Source: Eledone cirrhosa (lineage: Eukaryota). From it: a DNA stretch of 64,000 nucleotides. The position numbers and the translations under genes are program-made. This document shows, in pieces, positions 13,853 through 28,084 of this stretch. The stretch is from assembly GCA_964016885.1 (NCBI GenBank), contig OZ024742.1:186434001-186498000 (forward strand), in the 5' to 3' direction. Position 1 is the first letter of the stretch, and each line of letters starts with the position of its first letter. Under the pieces are notes generated by a model. The model was not told the DNA's origin. It ran no database searches and was given only the letters and a program-made list of their open reading frames with translations.

Positions 13853-13986
13853 TTAGAACCCGCCACCCCACCCCACCTACCCCGCCAAGAATAAGATGTG
13901 TTGGAATTTTAAAAAACATTCAATCGTCATTATATTAGCATGACTGGTGTCCTAATGTAGCGGAAATAGTTAAACACACACACATA

Positions 13987-14083
<97 letters not shown>

Positions 14084-14172
14084 GCACACATACACACACA
14101 TATACACACACATGCATACATACACACACTCATACACACACATACACACATACACACACACACACACACATA

Positions 14173-14205
<33 letters not shown>

Positions 14206-14232
14206 CCACACATACACACATACATATACACG

Positions 14233-14288
<56 letters not shown>

Positions 14289-14360
14289 TACGCACACATA
14301 CACACACATACGCACACATATACACACGCATGCATACATACACACACTCATACACACACA

Positions 14361-14399
<39 letters not shown>

Positions 14400-14852
14400 A
14401 CATACATATACACGCATACACACACATACACACACACACATACACACACATACACACACATACACACACATACACACACATGCACACATACACACACTCA
14501 TACATACGCACACATACACACATACAGATACGCATACTCACACATACACACACACACACGCATACGCACACACTCAAACGCACACACACATACACAGACA
14601 GCCAGGCGCTCACACACAAAAACACACAGACAGGCCCCCCCACACGCACATACACACTCATACGCAGGCAGACAGACAGACATACACACACACGCACGCA
14701 CACGTACACACATACACCAATATAATAATATGATGTATAATTTTTTTTTGTTATTTGATAAAAGATAAAGATCTTTGATGAACCGTGAGAAAAGGAATAC
14801 GTGAGACGGATGAAGTTATTGGTAAATAAATATAAGTAGAGAAACGCATGTA

Positions 14853-14885
<33 letters not shown>

Positions 14886-14887
<2 letters not shown>

Positions 14888-15016
14888 GTCCCTTTACGAT
14901 CTGAGTTCAAATCCCGCCGAGGTTGACTTTGCCTTTCATCCTTACGGGGTCGATAAAATAAAGTACCAGTAATGCACTGAGTGATTGCTGGCCTTGTGCC
15001 TAAAGTAGAAACAATT
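14886..15016 (+). mobile_element. 5'-truncated SINE (main family)
   Basis: B-box GAGTTCAAATCC through the tail GTAGAAACAATTAT. Confidence 0.85.
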
Positions 15017-15093
15017 ATATATATATATATACACACATATATATATATATACATACACATATATATATACTCACACACACATATATATATATA

Positions 15094-15137
<44 letters not shown>

Positions 15138-15145
15138 TATATATA

Positions 15146-15194
<49 letters not shown>

Positions 15195-15767
15195 ATATTT
15201 ATATATAATGTGAATATGAATAGAAAAATACATTTTAGTTTTCGAAACTGGGACCTAATAATTGCTAAGTGAACTCTTTAACCACAGGGCCACTTTTATA
15301 TACACGTCTTGCTGGACATTTCTCTCAGAACACTAGATCAAAAACAAGACCAAAAGCACCCCCCCCCCCAAAAAAAAAATATATATATAACAAAGAAAAT
15401 ATAGAAAAAAAAACAGAAAAAAAATAGAAATAAAGACAAAAAGAATGAAGCAAGTTACTATTGACAATAGAAAGGCATTTTTAAATAACCACTGCCAAAT
15501 GAAAAATTGAATCCGTGCGAAATATATACTTTGAGATTCTAGGAATATTCTAGACAGTTGTCAAACATGTTTTCCACACAGTTCACATGACGTGCCTCCA
15601 TTATGCCGCCATTTTACCTGGCCTTCCCACCCCAACGACACCATATTAGTTTATCGATTTTTCCCCTTCATATTAGCATGACATAGACGTGTTTGTGATA
15701 TCACCTTTTACCTTAGGTTTCTGTCCTGGCATTCGTTAGTTTTCTGTTTATTGAAATCTTCGAAGGA

Positions 15768-15802
<35 letters not shown>

Positions 15803-16560
15803 ATAGATAGTGCCAGTGACTTAGGGAGGGATAAAGTTGGAAAGTTGAAAAGAATGCGGTAGAGGTAAGGTTTTAGAACAGACATGGGCAACTTTTTTCG
15901 AGCAATGGGCCACTTAGGATGTGTTTCATCATATGGCGGGCCACACTACTAAAATATTAAAGGCAGGTCTGAAATATAGAGTTATAGTAGTAGAGGGTTA
16001 GATAGATAGACTGAGAGAAAGACATATAAATACATAAAGACACACACGATATATATATATATATATTTAGCAGTATTAGCAGTATAAGAGGCGTGAGGCG
16101 TCTTACTACATATATATACATATATATATGATGGCTGCAACTCGATTTGGAGTAATGCCATCGCTTGATACTTAAGCATGAGCATCCCGGACGCAGCTTT
16201 GTAGTCCTGCAAGGAATTTGTCTATGGTCAGCAATGCCATGCATCACAAAAAATGTCACATATAAAGCGCTGCCGGTACTTGAAGCTTTTTTAAGTGAGG
16301 AAAGGCTTTGCATGGGTCCAATCCTACTCTCTGAACATCAAATACATTTACCCAAAAAGAAGAATTGGTCTACATCATTGGTTGCAAACGATGTCGCAGG
16401 TTTTATATCAGTGTGAGGTTCTCCTAGAGAGATGTCTTATTGAAGACGAGGAGTCTCTCGTTCCAGACAACAAAAAAACAACAACTTTATACACACACAC
16501 ACACATACACACACGCACACACACACGCACACACACACACACACACACACATACACACAC

Positions 16561-16627
<67 letters not shown>

Positions 16628-16663
16628 AACACACACACACACGCACACACATGTATATATATT

Positions 16664-16872
16664 ATCATATTTAATATAGAAATGGTTTCTACAGGACTAG
16701 AACTGTTTCATTCAAAAGAAATCATCAGAAAAGCCCTGATGATTTCTTTTGAATGAAACAGTTCTAGTCCTGTAGAAACCATTTCTGTATTAAATATGAT
16801 GCTCACACTCTACTAATGTACTGAGTACCTTACCAACTGTGATTACTGCCGATTGAGTATCTCACGTCCCCA
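16664..16872. mobile_element. Fold-back HHR element, family C: 65-bp arms plus a 72-bp tail
   Basis: Arms 16664-16728 / 16736-16800 (1 mismatch), 7-nt spacer; relative at 32590-32730. Confidence 0.9.
16684..16735 (-). ncRNA. Type I hammerhead (family C)
   Basis: GGCTTTT-CTGATGA-TTTCTTTTGAAT-GAAA-CAG..CTG-TA-GAAACC; the plus-arm copy lacks the 5' strand of stem I. Confidence 0.75.
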
Positions 16873-17106
16873 TATATATATATACGCACATATGCATACA
16901 TACATGCATAAATACACACACACACACACACACACGCGTATATATATATATATATATATATATATAAGCAGAAGGGATATTCAATTTGTTGGTAATTCAA
17001 CAAATATAAATGTTTATAACTGATTCAGAGCACTCGACAGCTTTTTCTGGAGTAAATATTCAATGATATTAAATAAATGGAAACTATATTTATAAAACCA
17101 TATTTA

Positions 17107-17164
17107 TTCTATTATATATATTTCAAGGGTACCAAAAACTTTGGTACGCTTTCATCAGATAAAA
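17107..17164 (-). ncRNA. Type I hammerhead (family E, left arm)
   Basis: Reverse complement of 17270-17327. Confidence 0.8.
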
Positions 17165-17269
17165 TACAAAGTGTGTTTTATAAATTTTGACATAGCCAAG
17201 GAACATACCTTATCAGTTGAAGTATTCCTTGGATAAAGGAATACTTCAACTGATAAAACACACTTTGTA

Positions 17270-17327
17270 TTTTATCTGATGAAAGCGTACCAAAGTTTTT
17301 GGTACCCTTGAAATATATATAATAGAA
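17270..17327 (+). ncRNA. Type I hammerhead (family E, right arm)
   Basis: TTTTAT-CTGATGA-AAG-C-GTACCAA..TTGGTAC-C-CTT-GAAA-TATATA-TA-ATAGAA. Confidence 0.85.
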
Positions 17328-17465
17328 TAAATATGGTTTTATAAATATAGTTTCCATTTATTTAATATCATTGAATATTTTCTCCAGAAAAAGCTGTCGA
17401 GTGCTCTGAATCAGATATAAACATTTATATTTGTTGAATTACCAACAAATTGAATATCCCTTCTG

Positions 17466-17501
<36 letters not shown>

Positions 17502-17506
<5 letters not shown>

Positions 17507-17545
17507 CTTTTACCTGTACCAGCCATCATGCTGAGGCCATGCTGG

Positions 17546-17599
<54 letters not shown>

Positions 17600-17644
17600 C
17601 CAGTATGGCCTCAGCGTGATGGCTGGAACAGGTAAAAGAATAAT
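17502..17644. repeat. Inverted pair of a SINE-tail fragment around (AT)n
   Basis: ~48-bp arms TTATTCTTTTACCTG..GGCCATGCTGGGGC and its reverse complement; related to 44465-44525. Confidence 0.75.
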
Positions 17645-17662
17645 ATATATACAGAGACGGAC

Positions 17663-17706
<44 letters not shown>

Positions 17707-17767
17707 TGTGTGTATGTGTGTGTGTGTGTGTGTGTGCGAGAGAGAGAGAGTGAGAGAGTGAGAAAGT

Positions 17768-17802
<35 letters not shown>

Positions 17803-18283
17803 TAGAAGAGATGTTATTAGGAACATAAATGTCAGAACATAAAAAATATATTAAGTGGAAACAGGAACAAGAATAAGAATATGAACAATAATAATAACAG
17901 GATCAATAAAAACATCAATATAAAATAAAATAAAATAAAATACATCAACCGGAAAACCTAAATAAATAATATTCAATTTATTTTTTTGAAAATAGAGATT
18001 GATTTTCTTCCAATAACTCTCAACCACATACCACGGGTCCTTTATATCATACCCTGTGTAATACAAGTGCCATCACCTCATAACTTGTCATTTATATCTC
18101 AATCTCTGGTTAAAGGACATACCCTCACATCATTGGTATATATAGCAATGAAGGCAAGTGGCCTAGTGGTTAGCGTTGCGGACTCAAGATCATAAGGTCA
18201 AGTGTTCTGTTTTTGAGCAAGACGTTTCATTTCACTCTGCTTTTCATGCTAGTAGTGGGATCCTCATTATTAAAACACACAAG

Positions 18284-18890
18284 AGGACGGTGGATTGGCA
18301 GTATCGGTAGAGGGTCGGACGCCATGCTTTGCAGCATAGAGTTACGACTCTTTATGATCTGAGTTCAAATCCCGCCGAAGTAAACTTTGCCTTTCATCCT
18401 TACGGGGTCGATAAAATAAAGTACCAGTCACGCACTGGGGGAGGTTTAATCGACTTCCCCCTCCCCCAAAATCGCTGGTCTTGTGCCTATATAAGAAACC
18501 ATTATGGTGAATTTGCAGTATCGGTAGAGGGTTGGATTATGTTTTCCAGTATAGTTACGTCCCTTTACGATCTGAGTTCAATTCCCGCCGAGGTTGACTT
18601 TGCCTTTCATCCTTACGGGGTCGATAAAATAAAGTACCAGTAATGTACTGGGTAATTGCTGGCCTTGTGCCTAAAGTAGAAACAATTAAATATATATATA
18701 TAAGGGTGGTGAATTGGCAGTATCAGTAGAGTGTCGGACATGCTTTCCAGCATAGTTACGTCCCTTTACGATCTGAGTTCAAATCTCGTCGAGGTTAACT
18801 TTGCCTTTCATCCTTACGAGGTCGATAAAATAAAGTACCAGTAATGTACTGGTAAATGCTGGCCTTGTGCCAAAAAGTAGAAACAATTAT
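18284..18890 (+). mobile_element. Three tandem SINEs (main family)
   Basis: Units ~18284-18503, 18505-18686 and 18701-18890; outer direct repeat ATTATTAAAACACA(C/A)AAGA. Confidence 0.9.
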
Positions 18891-19109
18891 TAAAACACAA
18901 AAGAAACATCCTATGATATGTATTAACGTAGGAGGCCTGCTAAACATACATAAATGTGGGCTATAAATTTCATTCCATTTTTATTTCAATAAATGACCCC
19001 TTAATCAAGTGATAAGTTTCTCTGGATAATATGCAGATATACCCACACAATTCTCCCATAAACCACCTCTAAGTAACAAACATATACTTCACTCATTCCA
19101 CAATTTTAC

Positions 19110-19173
<64 letters not shown>

Positions 19174-19705
19174 ACATAATTATATATGTGATGTATATAT
19201 ATATATATGTATATATGTTCTATACAGTTCTATACAAGACAAAGATAGATTATAGTTAAAAATTGAAGGTGAAAATGTACAGAAGTATATTTTAAGATTA
19301 TTTTCTCTTTAATCTGACAGAATGAATAATTTATGGCATTTATAGTCCTTTCCTTTACAGCCAGATGTACCCTTCTTTACTCCTTCCCCTTTTTTCTCAT
19401 TAATTTTCTTTTTCTTTTTCTTTTTCTTTTTCTTTTTCTTTTTCTTTTTCAATCGTTTTAAAGTCAACTTTTAGTGAGTTTAATTTAAATAAAATTTCTG
19501 TTTGCATCTTTGATAAAAAAATTATAATTGTTGCTTTGATTGCTATGACAATCTTATCAACTACTAGATATTAAATATTGAATATTAAAAAAATGTATTA
19601 TGAGAGCATATATTCTGAATTTTCTGCCAAAATGTTTTGTTATATAAATGATCCTTATAAAGGTGTGATGGTGAAAGTGGGGGTAGGTCAAGAATTCAAT
19701 TGAGT

Positions 19706-19990
19706 TCACTTCTTCTTCGCCCACTTATTATCCACGGGATAGTCGGAGGAGAATAGTCCTTAAACACTCCCTCTAGCACGTCCTATCAGAAGCAACCGTC
19801 TTCAACTGATCCACTCGGATCCCCACGCGAGAGCAGCCAAGTTCCTGGATGTTTACCAGCCATCCTGCTGGGGTTATACCCCTGGATCTCCTACTTGTTG
19901 GTTCCGCCCGTAAAATCTGTCCAGCAATTCTTTCCTGAGACACTCTATCCACATGGCCATAGTGTCATACTTGGACCAGATGGCATTTTT
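19706..19990 (-). pseudogene. RTE-clade LINE 3' remnant
   Basis: YGHVDRVSQERIAGQILRAEPTSRRSRG..W....VASDR with stops; (GAA)n-like tail. Confidence 0.7.
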
Positions 19991-20099
19991 AATGTCTATA
20001 TGTGTGTGGGAGGGTGGGTATTGAGGTGGTGTACAATTGTGTCGGAAGGTCAGTTTAGGTGGGGATATAGAGTTAGTAGTCTTGTGGTATATGTGTGTG

Positions 20100-20148
<49 letters not shown>

Positions 20149-20161
20149 TTGTGTGTGTGTG

Positions 20162-20202
<41 letters not shown>

Positions 20203-20211
20203 TTGTGTATA

Positions 20212-20259
<48 letters not shown>

Positions 20260-20535
20260 TGTGTGTGTATGTGTGTGTGTATGTGTGTGTGTTTAACCCT
20301 TGTATCAAGAGAATAACAATTGTTTTTGATGGGTTGTAGATAAAAGTAAAGATAACAATATAAATATAGATATAAACATAATTATACTTGGTATAATATC
20401 TGTTAGTTAAATAAACGATAGTACTGTAAGCGGAATAAAGAACACGACGAAGTATACATGTAGTTCTGCATACTCCGGAGTATAGGTATAATAATAAAGT
20501 AGAGGTTAGAATTTACCTTATTCATTACACAATCG

Positions 20536-20582
20536 CTGTTATACGTATTTTGATATGTAACAGTTATGACTTCATCAGACAG
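20536..20582 (-). ncRNA. Hammerhead with a G12A mutation
   Basis: CTGT-CTGATGA-..C-AAAA-TACGTA-TA-ACAG; CGAAA>CAAAA fits CpG decay. Confidence 0.6.
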
Positions 20583-20818
20583 ATATTAAGTGAACAGAAA
20601 GTCACATGCATAAACATAAGATGATATGAAGAAAAATTAAAATTGCACATGCTGTTTCCATTCATTGATAAGCCACGGGCTGATTATAATCATTGATGTT
20701 GTTCTTTCAAAGTCTTGCTGACATGTTAATGTATATATATATATATATATATATAAATATATGCATACATACATACATACATACATACATACATACAGAT
20801 AGATACACACACAAACAC

Positions 20819-20858
<40 letters not shown>

Positions 20859-20881
20859 GTGTGTATCTATCTGTATGTATG

Positions 20882-21005
<124 letters not shown>

Positions 21006-21240
21006 CATACAGATAGATACACACACAAACACATATGTATATATATATATATATATTAATACATATATATATATATTAATATATTTATATATATATATAT
21101 ATTTATATATATATACATACATATAGATACACACACAAACACATATGTATATATATATATTAATACATATATATATATTAATATATATATATATTAATAT
21201 ATATATATATATTAATATATATATATCTATATATATATAT

Positions 21241-21299
<59 letters not shown>

Positions 21300-21363
21300 T
21301 ACATACAGATAGATACACACACAAACACATATGCATATATATATATATTAATATATATATATA

Positions 21364-21407
<44 letters not shown>

Positions 21408-21932
21408 TATATATGTAATAAACAGATGTAACTCCACCACACCACTCCTGGGTAATAGATATACCCTCACTCATTTCAAGATGTTCGATCAGATTGCTTA
21501 CAGAGGAATTATATAACACGAAGAGAAGTTTTAAAAGAAAGAAACAAATAGGAAGAAAAGAACAACAGCAACGATAACAACAACAACAGCAACGATAACA
21601 ACAACAACAACAACAACAATAACAAGACCAACGATAACAACAACAACAAGAATAACAACAATGATAACAACAACAATAACAAGGAAATCAGAAACGGATG
21701 CAAAATTACCTAAAGGCAAAAACTGCAGTAATAATAAGTGGCGATAATGATGATGATACTAGTAGTGGTGGTGGTGGTGGTGGTGGTGGTGGTGGTGGTG
21801 GTATTGTTATTGGTAGAGCTAGTAGTATATATATATATATACATATATATATATACACACACACACACTCACATATATATATACACACACATACACACAC
21901 ATATATATATATATATATACTCACACACACAC

Positions 21933-21965
<33 letters not shown>

Positions 21966-22007
21966 TACACATATATATATATATATACACACATACACAC
22001 ACACACG

Positions 22008-22079
<72 letters not shown>

Positions 22080-22090
22080 TATATATATAC

Positions 22091-22139
<49 letters not shown>

Positions 22140-22546
22140 TATACACACACACATACACACACACATATATACGGAGACGGACAGAGAGAGAAAGAGAAAG
22201 AGGTAATATCGACCAAGGGAACGCATTACATATAACAGTAACTATAATAATAATGATAACAATATAAAAATATAAAATAGTAAACAATGAAATAACAGTA
22301 CTAATAAGAGTAACAATAGTAATTATAATAACTAACAGTAATAGTAAGAATAATAACAATAAAAACATGGAGAAAACGAAGAGAAAAGCAAATATACATA
22401 CATACTCACCCCGACATAATATATATATATATACAAATATAAATTTAGCGAGAATCGCATTTTGGCGGGTAGAAATTAGCGAAACACAACTTCCATATTG
22501 TGCAGACAAGCGCTCCATGGATATATATATATTTATAGATCTGCAT

Positions 22547-22644
<98 letters not shown>

Positions 22645-22665
22645 ACATATATATATATGTATACA

Positions 22666-22765
<100 letters not shown>

Positions 22766-22871
22766 TAATAATAAATTTGAAGACTAAAATCCAAAGAGGG
22801 CTCGATAAGGATAAATATATATCAAATATATAAGAACCGTAGAGCAAATATTTATTAAAATAACAGATTAA

Positions 22872-22922
22872 AGTTTAAGCAAAGAATCGCTGCTTTCACC
22901 CTTAACGGGATCTTCTGAAACT
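22872..22922 (-). ncRNA. Hammerhead-like motif with CAGAAGA core (copy 2)
   Basis: Homologue of 11659-11709; this copy keeps the tail 22762-22852. Confidence 0.55.
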
Positions 22923-23367
22923 AACAAAGTCAATCTGTGAACGCAGAAGTGAATATTTCAAAAAACGTTGCAACCGGAGGAAGACAGGAAGACGATATTT
23001 GGTTCGTGGAAACGTTCCCTGGCAAAGAACGGGAAAAAACGAATATAATACGTCATTAATAGGAGCGGTGAAAAACAATTACACGCAAAGACAGAACCAC
23101 GTTTATGGTATAAAAGAAGTCGTAGACTAATATTCTCTTATACCATTTACGTGGTTTTGTCTTTGCGTGCAATTGTGGTGGTATTGTTATTGGTAGAGCT
23201 AGTAGTATATATATGACGTATTATCTTCGTTTTTTCCGTTCATTGTCTCTATGAACCACCTTTCGTTTTCGGTGCGCCCAGCCGATTGAGCTCACTCGAT
23301 GTGCAAATTAGGCTGCTCGGCCGTTAATATGCATGGGGAGGGTATATGCTTTCGGACGTTGGGCCGT

Positions 23368-23436
23368 CTGACAGGAGGGTATACGATGCTGACGATAGCT
23401 AATAAGCTTGAAACTAGTACATCGTTCCTGTGTCAG
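23368..23436 (+). ncRNA. Intact minimal type I hammerhead with extended stem I
   Basis: ACGATG-CTGACGA-TAGC-TAATAA-GCTT-GAAA-CTAG-TA-CATCGT; outer pairings CAGGA/TCCTG and CTGAC/GTCAG. Confidence 0.88.
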
Positions 23437-23518
23437 TGTTGAACAAAAAGTTGACGTGGTTGCCTAAACACTGTACGGCGTAATCCGGGCTGTTTGTTTA
23501 CAAACAAACACACCGAGC

Positions 23519-23868
23519 ATTATAATAAATGTTCAGTGGGCCGATACATGCATATATATATATGTGTGCATGTATGTATATATATATACATACTACTTAA
23601 CGTCTGTATACATATATGTATGTACGTATACATACATACTTACATATATATATACATACATACATGTATATGCATGTATACACACATATACATATTATAA
23701 TAAATGTTCAGTGGGCCGATACGTGCATATATATATGTGTGCATGTATGTATATATATATATACATACTACTTAACGTCTGTATACATATATGTATGTAC
23801 GTATACATAAATACTTACATATATATATACATACATACATGTATATGCATGTATACACACATATACAT
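23519..23868. repeat. Tandem duplication of a ~174-bp unit
   Basis: ATTATAATAAATGTTCAGTGGGCCGATAC..CTACTTAACGTCTG occurs twice (23519, ~23693). Confidence 0.85.
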
Positions 23869-23873
23869 ACACG

Positions 23874-23908
<35 letters not shown>

Positions 23909-23926
23909 TCACACACACACACACAT

Positions 23927-24017
<91 letters not shown>

Positions 24018-24276
24018 TCCACAAATATATATATATATTAGCAACAGTCACTCGAATGAGGAAAGTAAAATGGCCGACCTAGCAGAATTATTGAAAGATG
24101 ATGGCCGAGAGGTAAAGATAAGTAGCAGACCGTGAGAAGAGCCAATAACAAGTGAACAGCTTGTTCTGTTGTTTCATAATTATTGCCTGTTAAACAATGG
24201 CTGGCTAGATGGAGGTAGTCAACTACAACTAATGGATCGGGAGAGATAACTTGCATAATATATTGCGAACACTCTC

Positions 24277-24357
24277 TATGTATGTATGTATGTATGTATG
24301 TATGTATGTATGTATGTATGTATGTATGTATGTATGTATGTATGTAGGTAGGTAGGT

Positions 24358-24421
<64 letters not shown>

Positions 24422-24669
24422 ATGTATGTGTCTGTGTGTGCGTGTATGTATGTGTCTGTGTGTGTATGTTTGTGCGTCTGTGTGTATGTATGTAAGTATG
24501 TATGTATGCATGCATGCATGTATGTATGTATGTATGTATGTATGTATGCATGTATGTATGTATGCATGTATGTATGTATGCATGTATGTATGTATGTATG
24601 CATGTATGTATGTATGTATGTATGTATGTATGTATGTATGTATGTATGTATGTATGTATGTATGTAGGT

Positions 24670-24733
<64 letters not shown>

Positions 24734-25049
24734 ATGTATGTGTGTATGTATGTATGTGCCTGTGTGTGTATGTTTGTGCGTCTGTGTGTATGTATGTAAG
24801 TATGTATGTATGTATGTATGTGTGTATGTATGTATGTATGTATGTATGCATGTATGCATGTATGCATGTATGTATGTATTTATGTATGTATGTAGGTAAG
24901 TGTGTGTGTGTATGTATGTGTGTATGTATGTATGTATGTGTCTGTGTGTGTATGTTTGTGCGTCTGGGTGTATGTATGTAAGTATGTCTGTGTGCATGTA
25001 TGCATGTGGGTATGTATGTATGTGTCTGTGTGTGTACGTGTGTATGTTT

Positions 25050-25081
<32 letters not shown>

Positions 25082-25200
25082 ATAGGTGTATGTATGTATG
25101 TATGTATTTGTGTATGCATGTATGTATGAATGTATGTGGGTATATATGTATGTATGTGTGTGTATGTTTGTGTATGTATGTACATGTGTGTCAGTATGAA
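24277..25200. repeat. (TATG)n/(TG)n compound satellite with three higher-order units
   Basis: Markers GTAGGTAAGTG and GTTTGTGCGTCTG each recur three times. Confidence 0.85.
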
Positions 25201-25210
25201 TGTCTATATG

Positions 25211-25300
<90 letters not shown>

Positions 25301-25533
25301 CAAATGTATGCATGTGTATATACACAGACATATATATATATATGTATGTGTGTGTGAGAGTGATTGTGTGTGTGTGTGTGAGAGAGTGTGTGTGTGTCTG
25401 TGTATTCATACGTTTGTTTTTTACTTATGCCTAAGTGAGCATATATTCACAGAAATATAAACCAAAAAGAGAGCTGCAAAACGGACAGCTGATCAGCTAA
25501 TAGACAGCTTCAACACACACAGACACACACACA

Positions 25534-25656
<123 letters not shown>

Positions 25657-25822
25657 GCACACACATATACATACACGCACATACACACATATATATATAA
25701 ACACACGTATGTATATATATAAATATAAATGTGCGCCTTAACACACACACACACATACACACGCACACACACACACATATATATATATAAATGTATGTAA
25801 GTATATATGTATGTACGTATGT

Positions 25823-25878
<56 letters not shown>

Positions 25879-26783
25879 GGAAAAGTTAATGATTCCCATA
25901 CACGTTATACTTTGAGTCATATTGAGTGTATTCGTATATTCAGTGATTCAGTGATTCTGTGATTCAGTAATTCAATGTGTAATAGATCCAACATATTGGC
26001 TATAAAGAGAAAAAATGGCCGCTGATTGAAGATAATGGGAGTGTTAGTTTCGTATTTCAACATAATAGAAAAGTTATTCACACACACACACAGACATATA
26101 TATATATATATGTGAAGAAAGTTTAGAAGCAGCGTGATCGAATATTCGTTTGCTTCGCACTCACTATGCCCAGGGTTCGATCCTACTGCGTGGTATGTTG
26201 ATTAACTGTCATTTATTATAGCTTCGATTCGACAAAATCCTTGTGAGCGAAATTGGCTGAGCGGAAACTGTTTCGAAACTCGTCTGATGGACTGTACATA
26301 TAAGAGTCAGCCATGCCATACGCTGTGTCCCTAGTTGAATCTCCTTGAGAGTTATGCTCGGTTTATAAGTGTCTGTGGGATGCTCAGTTACTTCACGTAC
26401 GAAGGTCCATCAATACCAAGAACAATTTACTTAAAATCTGTCATGTAACGTACACAAAACGCCAGGATTAACAGTTTTCCAAGAGATGTCAACATGAATG
26501 GACCTGTTATTTTTCTCTAAAAACATATTTCCCTATTCTGCCCTACTCGTCACTTCAATCTTTCTACTTTCTCATTCTTTCTTCCGATAAAGAACCAGCG
26601 TCCGAAACGTTAAGACCCACTTCCTGCTATTTCAAGCGTTAAACTAATATTTTCCTTCCATACACTGTACCGATTGTGTTTTATTTCTGTTTTTCCTTTT
26701 ACATATATATATGTGTGTCTGTGATGTTCATACTTAAGAATCAAGCGATGGTATTACTCGAAATCGAGTTGCAGCCATTAAAT

Positions 26784-26851
<68 letters not shown>

Positions 26852-26861
26852 TTAATGGCTT

Positions 26862-27200
26862 CAATATAACGAATTTTTCGTTACAACGAATTTCTTTATA
26901 ACCCGTGAATTCCGTTATAATAGAATTTTACTATATATATATATAAAGAAATTCGTTGTAAAAAAAAATTCGTTATATTTAGATCGACCGCAACAAATCG
27001 AGCGTTTGTTTGTTATTAACTCGTATTTAAAAATTAAACAATGAATGAATGAAAACATACCTGCAATATGACTATCATGCAATAAAATATAAATATATAC
27101 AGTGTACCACCGGTATTCACGGTCCCGGTTATTCGCGGAATTTGCATTAGAACCTAATTAATAAGTGTTCGTGGAAACTACCGCATATTCGCGGAATCGT
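26862..27200. mobile_element. Tc1/pogo-like DNA transposon end remnants
   Basis: CGTTATAATAGAATTTTACTATA (~26911-26934) and TA|CAGTGTACCACCGGTATTCACGG (~27098) resemble pogo/Tigger TIRs; small inversion 26862-26980. Confidence 0.4.
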
Positions 27201-27463
27201 AAATATCTTCCATTGTTTTTTTTTATGGTTTTCTTCGTGGCGATATATATTTTTTCACACTTTTAACGCTGAATTATTAATAACAATATACGGTTTTTGC
27301 CAGTCTATATTTTACATGTTTTGACGTTTATACGAAGCTGGTGCTCGAGGAACGTAACATGTGTTCAAATATGTTTCCTTCGTTTGTTTTCTGTCATATA
27401 AACTTGCGTAAAAATCACTCAAAAACTTTAAATTATTTTTTAGTCATGTATTTTATGTTTTAA

Positions 27464-27534
<71 letters not shown>

Positions 27535-27837
27535 TTGTTTGTGTGTATATGTATCTATTGATGTATGTGAGTGTGTATATGTTTCAGATATGTTCTTTTG
27601 AATAATTTTTGCCATTAACGTAATATATATACAACATATCCTTGCGTACCGTAGGAAGTGATTAAGAGTTTTGACGCTATGAAGGGTGTTCGACTGTAAA
27701 ACATTGCTTCAAAAAAGTCTCCAATGTGGTGATAAAGGTTTCTATGGGGCCCGTAAGATTAAATATTTCTTTAGCAAGGAATGTGGTCCTATAAAGCTTG
27801 TTATTGGGTTTGAAACAAAGTTCCCACACAAGTAAAT

Positions 27838-27948
<111 letters not shown>

Positions 27949-27999
27949 ATTTGCGTTACGTTTCGCTTTTTCTACCCGCCGAAATGCGATTCTTGCTGA

Positions 28000-28084
<85 letters not shown>

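Larger units (their letters stand above)
16963..17471. mobile_element. Fold-back HHR element, family E: ~220-bp arms with a nested central hairpin
   Basis: Arms ~16963-17181 / 17253-17471; inner inversion 17210-17256; (AT)n on both flanks. Confidence 0.9.

Noticed and set aside
13096-13938. 280-aa poly-Pro/His ORF (formin- or extensin-like); similar ORFs at 28361, 43024 and 49907
   Set aside because: (ACC)n/(ATC)n repeats with single-codon runs and no flanking domain or splice evidence.
18284-18890. tRNA genes or CRISPR-like array
   Set aside because: A and B boxes belong to SINE heads with no cloverleaf; there is no repeat-spacer structure and the context is eukaryotic.
26578-26614. Decayed HHR-like motifs here and at 41330-41360, 45308-45343 and 46952-47003
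   Set aside because: Core mutations or deletions and weak stems; noted as relics, not called as ribozymes.
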